A DNA stretch of 64,000 nucleotides from Octopus sinensis (lineage: Eukaryota), in assembly GCF_006345805.1 (NCBI RefSeq), contig NC_043001.1:59706001-59770000 (forward strand), read 5' to 3'. Each line of letters starts with the position of its first letter. Position 1 is the first letter of the stretch. Shown in pieces: positions 53,280 to 64,000 of this stretch. The position numbers and the translations under genes are program-made. The notes below the pieces were generated by a model. The model made no database searches and was not told the origin of the DNA. It saw nothing but the letters and a program-made list of their open reading frames with translations.

Positions 53280-56200
53280 AGCGAAATACCAAACGTGGTT
53301 GGAAATCCTCAGATAGTGACAGCAGGGAGATACTTCCTGACAATCCAGAAAGCGGGATGACACAGCAGAGAGACGCTTGACAGTACGACAGTGTAACGAA
53401 GGATCAAATGGGTTTGCAGCCCGATCCAAGGTAAAGTTGCAAGAAGCATGATGGACCATGCCCTCATGATCGCGGAGCAGTGGGAGAAGAATAAAGGATC
53501 AAACAGAAACAGGAAAGGAATGTACTCGGACTGGAAAAGGACAACGAGAAAGGAAGCGATAAAGGAAAGGTACATGAGGAATTCAGCAGCTGCGGAAAAG
53601 TGTTTTCTAGTTACATCGGACTTAGAATTCACCAAGGGAAGGTGTGTCAGAAGAAAGTGATTCAACAGCGCAGGTTGAAGTACCAAAAGACGTCTGGAAA
53701 GAACCTCCTGGAAAGGAACCATAACGGGGTCATTCCACAGTTGAATCGGAACAACCAAGAAAAGAGATAGGCGTGAAGAAGCCAAAGATTAAGTGGCGGA
53801 AGTCAAATGATGTAGCGAGCTATAAGTAATTCGACGACGAGGTAGTAAGAATGACCACCAAATTCAAAGGGGACGACAAACAAAAGCTCGAGAACTTGGT
53901 TAATATAATCTATCAGGAAGGAGAGAAAAAATTTGGACTTGAAACTGCAGGAAATGGAGAATCATCGGAAAAGGGCGGACCATCGAGGAGACAAAGACGG
54001 GTCGCAAAGATACGAGAAGAGAAGAAAAAACCCAGAACAAGATGGCTGGATCCAAAGAAGGAGGAAAGAGAAGGGTTAAAGCAGATGAAGAGATGAAAAA
54101 GAAGCATCGAGAACAACTAAAAAAGGAAAGAAGGAAGAACAAAAGAAAAGAGTGGGAAAAGAACTATCGTAGTTTTGCAAACAACCCATATCAACAGTTT
54201 GTTTGCTGAAAGTAAGTGTAGACGATTGGATTGCACGAAAGAAGAACTCGAACATCATCTTAAAGGGACATACACCGACGCTGATAGAAATAAAGTGCTC
54301 GGGCTGAAGAAACCACCTGAACCAAGGGTACCATTCGATTTCAGTGACATCAGACGGAAACAAATTGATGAGTTCGTAAGAAAAGCAAGTGAAAAAAGTT
54401 CACCAGGGTTTATAAGTATTGCCCGAAATTGCGTCTACAACAATTTGCACTGATAACAGAAATGTAGAAGAAGAAAGACGTAGTAGATCGATAGTGTATA
54501 GCTGAAGGTATGTTTTTAGCTAAAGAGAATGAAGCAAAAACACTAGGGCAATTCATACCCATTTCGTTATTAAATACCGACGGGAAAGTCATGTCAGGAA
54601 TCATTGCCAGGCGAATCATAAGATTCGTACAGCATAACGGATATGTTAATGAAGCAATCCAAAAGGCAGGGATCCCTGGAATCCCTGGATGCATAAAACA
54701 TACATTTGCCATCTGGGAAGCTATCAACTGTACAAAACAACTGAAGAAAATCCTGTACATTGTATGGCTAGTTCGTGCCAATGTATATGGATCTGTACCG
54801 CACGCCCGGATTTAAGCAGCTATGGAATTCTTTTGGATTCCAGAAGATGTTCAACGAATGCTCATGTATTACTACGATAATTTGGGGATGAGATTTACTG
54901 CAAGAAAGCTCACAACGGAGTGGCAACTGCTTGAAGTAGGTATTGCAGCTGGATGCACGATATCAGTCATCTTATTTATGCTAGTCATGGAGATGTTATG
55001 AAGATCAACAAACTGAGAAATATGTTACAAAGACACCATTAAGAGCTTTTATGGACGACGTTACTGTATTATCAGAAATACAGAAGCAGCAGATGGAACG
55101 TCAGAGCGGTTGGTCTAATAGGATGGGCGAGAATGAAATTCAAAGCCAAAAAATCTCGAAGAGTGGCTTTTGTGAAAGGAGTCCAAAAGGGAGAGAAATT
55201 CAGGATAAGAGGTAAACATATATCAATGGTGAAAGAACAACCAGTAAAGAATCTCGGCAGATGGTACAGATATTTACTAAATGATAAGAAGCAAAGCAAA
55301 GAAACACACGATTTAGTTGAACAGGGACTAAAGGCAATTGACAGAACAACATTATCGGGGAAATTCAAATGTTTGATACTGCAATTTAGACTCTACCCAA
55401 TGATAATCTAACCATTGCAAATAGTCTCAAGTAGAGCAGAAATGATGGAACAAAGATGCAGTGGGTTTATCAGAAAATGGCTTTGTCTTCTAAATCTACT
55501 GAATACAATTGCACTATGTGGAAAACCCGTGCTGCAACTACTGATGACATTATTCGACGAAAAATATAAGGCAGGGAAGTCAAGGACAGTAATGATGCTA
55601 AGGTATTGGAAAGATCAGAACATCCTAGAAATTCCTCCAAAGGTACGAACAGGGAGGAAATGGAAAGTGGAAGAGGTGGTAAACAAGGCGATTGGATAGC
55701 TAAGGCAGTCCAATATAGTCGGAGCGATACAAGAAGCAAGAGCCAGTCTAGGGTTGCACAATTTCAAGCCAATTTGCCTGAGAAGTGTAAAAGAGATGAA
55801 AGAGGCCGTGATACACGAAGTGCGAAAGGAGGAAGAAGAAAGGTGAAATGTACATTGGTGCAGTGTAGTCAACAGGGACAGTGCCTAAGGTGGGAGGAAT
55901 ATTAGGTTAGTCGCAGAATCTCATGGAAGGAACTTTGGGCTTGGGAACAAGCAAGAACATCCTTCCTGATCAAGTCTACCTTCGACGTTTTATCTTCACC
56001 GGCGAATTTAGTCCGGTGGAACATACAACTGATGGACGTAGATTCGGGGAGAAAGCGACGGTGAGACATGTTCTGTGAAACTGTAGGCTAGCACTAGACA
56101 GATATACAGGCCATCCCAATCAAATCTTCGGCGTCATAAACGAAGCACTCAAGGAGAAGATCGAGGGATATAATAGGGGAGAGTACCCAAAAGCTGAGAA

Positions 56201-57312
56201 GCGCGGAAAAATATACTTCCAGAAGGAGGGAAAAGGTCAAAAGGTCTGGCCTTCAGAAGAAAGATGTAAGAGACAGAAGACAGATGTAAGAGATACTGGG
56301 AGCTAGCGGCGGATTTGGAAAGACTTTTAATTCCACTCAAAAGACTGTTATTTCCACTAAAAAAACCCAGCAAAAAGACCGGACTTAATCCCATGGAATG
56401 CAACGGAAAATTGGAATTTTTCGAGAGTTGACAGTCAATGGGAAGAGAACATCGCTAATGCAGAGCAACAGAAGAAGAGATATGGCTGATTAATCGAAGA
56501 GTGCGGAGAACAGGAATGGACTGTCGAGTATTACCACCTAGCAGTGCGTTCTAGAGGCTTCATGAAAAGGAAAATGGCGACGTTATTTAAAAGGTTTGCA
56601 TTTTTGAGCTCAGAGCTGAGAAAAGTTACAAGGAGCATATAGGAGGCAGTCGACAAAGCCAGCTTTTATATATGGCTGAAACGAGAAGACCCCAAATGGC
56701 TTGAAAGCCATAACATGCTGACTGGGAAATAGCGTCGCTAGTGAGGCTGGTTGATACTTAAACAATATAGCTGATAGACAGGTTGGCCAAGGTAGCGACC
56801 TCGTTCATAGCACGCCCTCCCCCTAGTTCGAAGGCTTGTACCACGAAACAGCTGGTCGTCTTGGCCGCTGAAACTGAAACTAACACAACCCTGTTGGAAG
56901 GCAGGTTTAGAGAGGTCACGGTCTACAAATACGCGCACTTCGTTTCCATTGGTCAGTTGAAGCTTAGATAATGTCGCGTGACAGTTATCTGGTGGTGGCT
57001 GCTGGAACCTACCGGCGACTATTTAAACGGAGATTTGGCAGGATGGTCATTCACCCGCTGACATTCGTTGACGTTGCATCGAAGAAAGCAAAGAACAAAA
57101 CGGAGAAAGAAGAAACGCATTCAACACCAGAGCTGAAGACACTGGCAAAAGGGGTGGGGTGGGAGGTATGCAAAAAACGGTAGAGGAGTAGGGAGCAAAA
57201 CCGGACGTGGTTCCTCTTGATGATGTCTTCAGTCACTGTAACAACAGTTCAACAGCTCCACTGTATAAAGGAGCTGTTGAGGTAGCGAACCTCGAAACGT
57301 GCTTGATTGGAA

Positions 57313-57315
<3 letters not shown>
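53280..57315 (+). mobile_element. HERO-clade non-LTR retrotransposon, decayed
   Basis: QFIPISLLNTDGK, QKAGIPGIPGC..H, ANVYGSVPH, FMDD, SFLIKSTFDVL, ELTV.WEEN, RGF. Many stops. Clade assignment is from motif recall. Confidence 0.75.
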
Positions 57316-57359
<44 letters not shown>

Positions 57360-57934
57360 GCACACACACACACACACACACCTATATATATATATATATA
57401 TATATATTGGAATTCTAACCAACCATGTTTCGTGATTCGCTACATCAACAGCTCCTAATATATAGTATATACGCATGTACATGTATTTATCCATATAGCT
57501 ATCAATGGAATTATACATGCAAGTGTGTATTTGAGTGACTTAAATCGCAGAGTCAATATATTGTCAGACTGATTTATATATGTGTGTCGCTTTTAGTCAA
57601 AAGCGTGAATAGAGCTGAAAAGATGAAATGAAACTGTGCGCATATGTGAATGAGCATGTGATTATTTGAATGCACAATACAATGCATCATATTTAAGGCC
57701 ACTTTATAAAACTGCCGAAATCCTCCGTCCAACAAATGGACACTTAATGTACGTGTGTATGAAAACATACATATAGATATATACAGAGAGTGGGAGTGAG
57801 TGAAAGAGGAAGGTGGGGAGAGAGGCACTGAATCTTTCATATTTGCATCACATGGCAGAAGTAAATAGAGAAAATTATAATCATTAAAATTCATTTAAAT
57901 CTGAAATTATACATTCAAATTATTTATTAATTTT

Positions 57935-59440
57935 TAGTAGACATGCCCTTCCTTTTGCATTTTTCGATGCAAGGCCCATATTAGGCATGTTACCGATCAG
58001 ATGACGAATATTCTCTTGCGGAATTTCTTGCCAAGTTTTACGCAGTAATCTCAAAAGACCTGGTTTGAGGATGTTTTCTTGTTCATTTTAAGAAGTATCT
58101 TGTTCATTATGTCACAGAGGTTTTCAATAGGGTTAGTATCTGGTGACTGGCCTGGCCATGGATGTTTTTTAGTGTCATCCTCATCCAACAAATCTTGGGT
58201 CATTTTAGCCGTGTGACAAGGAGCCACATCTTCCATAAATAAAGTGCCTTTAATCATTTCGCCATTGGAAAATATTGGTAGGAGTCCTTTCTGCAATATG
58301 GACACATATATATCTGAGTTTATGTTTCTCTCACTCTCCACCAGTTCTCATCAGCTATTGCTCCAAATTACTCCCCAGACCAACACAGAATAGTTGCACT
58401 GTTTCATTGCTGACTGCAAACTTTTCACATCAAATCCTTAATCATAGTGTCTCCAGAACCGCACTCGGCCACTCAGAAAATACAGCAAATTTGAACTCAT
58501 CAGAGAATATGACAGTGTCCCAAAATTCTAATGGTCTCTCCACCATCTCACTGGTCCAATCCTCTCTCCGCTTGATGTTGGCTGGTCGAAGAAGTAATTT
58601 CCTTCTTGCTGCTCTGCGATAACCAAATTTGTGGACATACTTGACAGCTGTTGTGGAACTGACATTAACATATGCGGCGAGCTGACAGAAACGTTAGCAC
58701 GCTGGGTGAAATGCTTAGCGGTATTTCGTCTGCCGCTACTTTCTGAGTTCAAATTCCACCGAAGTCGACTTTGACATTCATCATTTCGGGGTCGATAAAT
58801 TAAATGCTATTTACGCACTAGGGTCGATATAATCGACTTAATCCGTTTGTCTGTCCTTGTTTGTCTCCTCTGTGTTTAGCCCCTTGTGGGTAGTAAAGAA
58901 ATAGGTATTTCGTCTATCTTTACGTTCTGAGTTCAAATTCCACCGAGGTCGACTATACCTTTCATTCTTTCGGGGTCGATGAATTAAGTACCAGTTACGC
59001 ACTAGGGTTGATCTAATCGACTTAATTCCCTTGTCCTTGTTTGTCCTCTCTATGTTTAGCTCCTTGTGGGCAGGAAAGAAATAATTAACTTATTCTGCTA
59101 TGTCAGAGGGTTTGCAACGAGGTTGATCCTCCACACTTCTCTTAACAAAGCAAAGGGTCCTGGTTGATCTGGGTGAGGTAATGTGAACTCCTTCCCTTCT
59201 CTGGTGAATTGCACAATCACAATTATCTGAAGAAAGCGGTATCCCAAGGTTTTCTGCTAGTTTACGCTGTCCACTTTGAAATTCAGACAGTTCCAATGTT
59301 TCGTACATGGCATGATTAAACAGTCACACGCAGAACCTTAAACATAAAAATGTCAATTAATAAAAATAATATACCTTAACAAGTTAGAATAAACATAAAA
59401 CGTCGTTTTATGGGTTGTCTATTTACTTCTGTCATGTCTG
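57935..59440 (-). mobile_element. Tc1-like transposon, decayed, split by a SINE
   Basis: ELSEFQSG, WDTVIFSDE, EDVAPCHTAK, WPGQSPDTNPIENL. TIRs only weakly recognisable. Confidence 0.8.
58674..59083 (+). mobile_element. tRNA-derived SINE (OK-like), dimeric
   Basis: Head + body (58674-58904) followed by a headless second body (58905-59083). Confidence 0.9.
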
Positions 59441-60009
59441 TGTAATGTTCCCAAATGCATGCTACCCAGTAACAATGTTCTGTTTTCAATACCACTGCGT
59501 GGTGCCTTGAGCAGCTATATTATGTTCCTGTCCCAGACAACCAAAGCCTTGACAGAGGAAACTGAAAGAAGTCCGTCTCTCTCTCTTTCTTCCTCCTTCC
59601 CTCTCCCTCTCTCCTATTTATTTTTCTGTCTGTCTTTCTGTCTGTCTGTCTGTCTCTCTGCTTATATGATTTTGTATATGTCTACATCTGAGTGTCCTTG
59701 TATTTTAAGTTGTTCTCAGCGGTTGTCAAACCATATTGTTTCGTTTCTGTCTCCGTAATACACGCAGATAGCAGTTCAGCTAAACAGAACGTTAGAATAA
59801 GTACCAGACTTAAAAAGTAACCACTGTGGTAGATGTGTTCGACTAAATTTTCTAAGACAGTTACCCAGCATGACCGAAGTCATATATATCAAACAAACGA
59901 TAAATGTTGGCGCAGATACACATAGATGCGCGCACATATGCACACATACACACACATATGTATATATATATATATATATATACACATGTGCGCGCACACA
60001 CACACACAA

Positions 60010-60164
60010 GCGAAGTCTAGTGGTAAGAGGTTTGTTTCAGATGACATGCTTCTGCATTCACTTCCACTGCGTTACACATCTTGGGCAAGTGTCTTCTACT
60101 ATAGCCTCAGGCCGACCAAAGCCTTGTGAGTGGATTTTGTAGACGGAAACTGAAAGAAGCACGT

Positions 60165-60170
<6 letters not shown>
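60010..60170 (+). mobile_element. CORE-type SINE 5' part
   Basis: tcttgggcaagtgtcttctactatagcctcaggccgaccaaagccttgtgagtgg. Confidence 0.8.
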
Positions 60171-60211
<41 letters not shown>

Positions 60212-60233
60212 GTATATGTATATATATATCTAT

Positions 60234-60656
60234 AACGTGATGCATATATGCCATTTGAATATGGCTAACCCAAAAGGGTGGATGCTACTGTAGTTTATAG
60301 GCCCAGGAAGACACCTCCTCCCGCTGGCTATAGACACACTATCTGTGTCCTGTCAGTATTTGTGAAGGAGAGTCATCCTCCCCGTCTTCAACACATGATA
60401 CATACGTACCCGAGTTTCAAGGTGTTTACCTTTCATCAGCGTGTGACAATCATGGTTGTCGACGAGAAGTCAGATTCCTTCACAAATACATATACTTTTT
60501 CCAGTGTCGATATATATATATATATATATATATATGACAGGACACAGATAGTGTGTCTATAGCCAGCGGGAGGAGGTGTCTTTCTGGGGCTACAAACTAC
60601 AGTAGCATCCACCCTTTTGGGTTAGCCATATTCAAATGGCATATATGCATCACGTT
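60234..60656. mobile_element. MITE/foldback element with 122-bp TIRs
   Basis: 60234-60355 versus the reverse complement of 60535-60656: 3 mismatches. Confidence 0.9.
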
Positions 60657-60695
60657 GTGTTACCGCTACTGTTTATACCTCGCTCTGAGATTTAT

Positions 60696-60759
<64 letters not shown>

Positions 60760-60764
<5 letters not shown>

Positions 60765-61161
60765 GAAAGCACTCCGTCGGTTACGACGACGAGGGTTCCG
60801 GTTGATCCGATCAACGGAACAGTCTGCTCGTGAAATTAACGTGTAAGTGGCTGAGCACTCCACAGACACGTGTACCCTTAACGTAGTTCTCGGGGATATT
60901 CAGCGTGACACAGAGAGTGACAAGGCCGGCCCTTTGAAATACAGGTACAACAGAAACAGGAAGTAAGAGTGAGAGAAAGTTTGTGGTGAAAGAGTACAGC
61001 AGGGATCACCACCATCCCTGCCGGAGCATCGTGGGGCTTTAGGTGTTTTCGCTCAATAAACACTCACAACGCCCGGTCTGGGAATCGAAACCGCGATCCT
61101 ACGACCGCGATCCTACGACCGCGAGTCCGCTGCCCTAACCACTGGGCCATTGCGCCTCCAC
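60760..61161 (-). mobile_element. tRNA-derived SINE, third family
   Basis: Minus head ggaggcgcaatggcccagtggttagggcagcggactc..ggtttcgattccc (A and B boxes), AT-rich tail. Confidence 0.85.
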
Positions 61162-61543
61162 CTATATATATATATATATATATATATATAAGTACAAAGT
61201 GAGATAGCGGTTATGAGTGAAACCTAGTATGGGATAACAGTTATCCAATATACTGCCAGTGAAGTACCCAAAAGGCTAATAGATAAATGCTTACAATTGC
61301 AATGCAATTATTTCAGTTATTGTATTAGATAGGTGAAGGTAAAATGTTTTATCTCAAAATCCTAATACAAATAAGAAAATAGAGGAACAAATTCCTTTCA
61401 ATCATCAACTTACAGATAATACCAATTCATATAATTTATTAACTAATTAAATAGAAACATCCAAATCCAACAGAATAAAACAGAATAAAACAATATACAT
61501 CAATAAGTAAGATAATACCATAAAAATAATACATATAAAATGG

Positions 61544-61669
61544 ATCTTACAGCTGTTTCAGCCTGTAGATAAAGGTATCTCATTGTGCCTGTATTAGTCA
61601 GATGTATTGAGGTAATATGCAGTTAAAAATGTGTTATTTATATATATATCTCAAGGCCTCGTCAGAAAT
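61544..61669 (-). ncRNA. Type I hammerhead ribozyme with long stem II loop
   Basis: ATTT-CTGACGA-GGCCT-(89 nt)-AGGCT-GAA-ACAGCTGT-A-AGAT. Confidence 0.7.
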
Positions 61670-61932
61670 TATAAAGTACAATTATGAAGATATAAAATGC
61701 AAATATAAATATGAAACAAAACACACATACACAAGAATATATACATATGTATATATAAGTGTATATACACACATATATATACATATATATATATAAGTAT
61801 ATATATAATAATATACATACACATGGGTTACAGATAATCAAATATATATACTGGAGTATACATATATATCCACATCAAAGGGTACATATACAAAGTCCAA
61901 AGTTCATTGAATTACATTACCAAAACTATTAA

Positions 61933-61975
<43 letters not shown>

Positions 61976-62044
61976 TATTATTATTATTATTATTATTAAT
62001 AATACCAATAATGGAATATGTGCATTATGCTATTCACAGTACAT

Positions 62045-62200
62045 AGTAGATGGACAATACCAAATGTAATCGAACTGTAAATGCTGGATCAGGAGTGAAC
62101 TCAGTAGCAGGAGATTCCGACAACGAGTGAAAGCAAAATGGAATGAAATAAGACTCTTCGAAATAAGTGAGCAACGGTTAGCCGACGAGGCAAGAGACAA
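62045..62200 (+). mobile_element. R4/Dong N-terminal fragment
   Basis: RWT... then CWIRSE..WNEIRLFEISEQRLADEAR, next to a TTA/TAA array. Confidence 0.6.
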
Positions 62201-64000
62201 AGAAGAAGAAGATGAAGAGGAAACGGCAAAAAGATACGCAGTTTATATTCTGTACAGACAAAGTCGTGAATAATAATATGCTTAGTACGCGAGGACCATC
62301 AAGTTATTGTTGGATATGAAAGATTTTAAATTGCACCCTCGAAATGATAGACTACAGAAAATGCCACTTCAGAAAGTATACAATATGAATCAATATGAGA
62401 TTTAGTGTAAAAAAGTTAAACCCCACAGCAAGTACAAATAAAAGAAACATCGCACTAATTAAAAAATAATATTTGTATATTATCAAATAATTAGTATTTA
62501 AAGATGACATGCAAATGTCGGAAAATTTGGAAAGGAATATTATATCCAAATTGGTTTAATGATTAAATCACAACTGAAGGCTAAAAATCTAAATTAATAA
62601 ATAGGATTGTAGCAGACTTTTAAAGAATTCATAGTTGTAATGCGCTCAACTGAATGCTAAATAAGGTAGTGTGACTAGACAAGATATGTAATTAACTGTT
62701 TATAGAAACAAGAGAATTAATTAGTGTTAAACAAGCGAAAAATAATTACTGTATTTAGAATTCACCGCCCAAAAGCTGAGGAAAAATACAGATTTATGTC
62801 TATCACGAATATAAAGTGAACATAATGCAATTAGAATGCTACAAATAATCCACATTAGGAATACCAAATATCTAGGTTAGATCACGGTATGTCTAATAGA
62901 TTCAAAATCCGACTGAACGACATAAAAGGCAATTTGTATCGTCACAGAAATATAGGAAAATAAAGACTATCCTGGCGAAAATTCAAATCGAATATTATGG
63001 ACATTATAGGGGTGTGTGAGAGATATGGAGAGCCGTATTCTGACGTTCCATTTTTTCTTTCATTCGCATGTGGGCGAGACGTGTAAAAGCTTTCTTTTTA
63101 TGCGTTTTTTCTCTATAAATATTTAAAAAAATCAGTATAAGTAGATTTATATAAATGTTTTATATATTCCAATTATATATTGTCTTTCAAATCTTCCTTA
63201 ACTTTTGTATCTATATATGTGTGTATTTTGTATGTGTGTGTGCGTGTGTATGTGTGCGTGTGTGTGTATGTGTATGTGTGCATGTGTATGTGTGTGTATG
63301 TGTATGTGTGCGTGTGTGTGTGTACAAACGCATACACACACATATAAATGAATATCTTACAGAATAACATTGGTTCAAAATACTTGTCTTGGCGATTTAA
63401 TAACATCATATAGAATAAATATTAAGTTTACATTAAACGTACTCACATGGCTTTCAGCTGTCGTTATACTTCCCATCTCTAAATATAACCAAAACATCAA
63501 TGCTAGAATTAAATTCCTTTTGCTAATGAAGATCTCCTAACTTAGGCTGCATACCTGAACCTGATTTTACAGCATCATTTGACCTGCAACAATATTTATA
63601 TCTTGAACAAGCTGGTGGAAAAAAACGAGGTATGGTGTTTATTGCTTACCTGCTAATATATAAAGTGATACACAGAAACTTGACTGTGATGTGGCCGCCA
63701 AACTCTATTTGATAGTATGAATGCAACTTTGATAGGTGAAGGCAACACATGTCGTGGCTAAGAAGAAAATGTCAGCTATAACGTACCCATCGATTAGGAG
63801 TGGACAAAGGAAGAATAAGAAAAGATAGTAAAAAAACTATATTATAGGACGTTACCAAGAAGGTGAGTGGTTAAAATTAAAATTAAAATTTTACACACAG
63901 ACACAGGCACACACACACACTCACACGCACACATACATCACACACACTCTCTCTCTTTCTTTGTATATATATATATATACATATATATATGCATAGGTAT

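Noticed and set aside
57273-57305. CTGTTGA...CGAAACGTG as a hammerhead
   Set aside because: A6 is T in both arms and position 17 would be G. More likely a LINE 3' UTR motif.
60760-61161. tRNA gene
   Set aside because: The A/B-box head continues into a SINE body and tail, with no intact cloverleaf.

Overview
AT-rich eukaryotic DNA, dense in microsatellites and made almost entirely of transposon debris. The SINE families and repeat landscape suggest an octopus or other coleoid cephalopod (inference from recognition; no database check). No host protein-coding gene, rRNA, tRNA or CRISPR array is supported. Recognisable elements are: Penelope-like retroelements (RT and GIY-YIG remnants); about 10 R4/Dong-clade non-LTR pieces clustered at (TAA)n arrays, one with an intact 758-aa RT ORF; a decayed HERO-clade LINE; a 2.1-kb ORF1-only L1/Tx1-like element inserted into a SINE with a 13-bp TSD; two mariners and a Tc1; a hAT-like fragment; Helentron-type non-autonomous repeats; two long-TIR MITEs; and many tRNA-derived SINEs. 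The most notable signal is non-coding. At least seven type I hammerhead ribozyme (HHR) motifs can be folded by eye. One canonical HHR lies in a 554-bp segment with a perfect 150-bp terminal redundancy (404-nt period), a candidate circRNA-derived retrozyme. Another HHR has a compensatory G3-C8 core variant. All folds were done manually and are untested.
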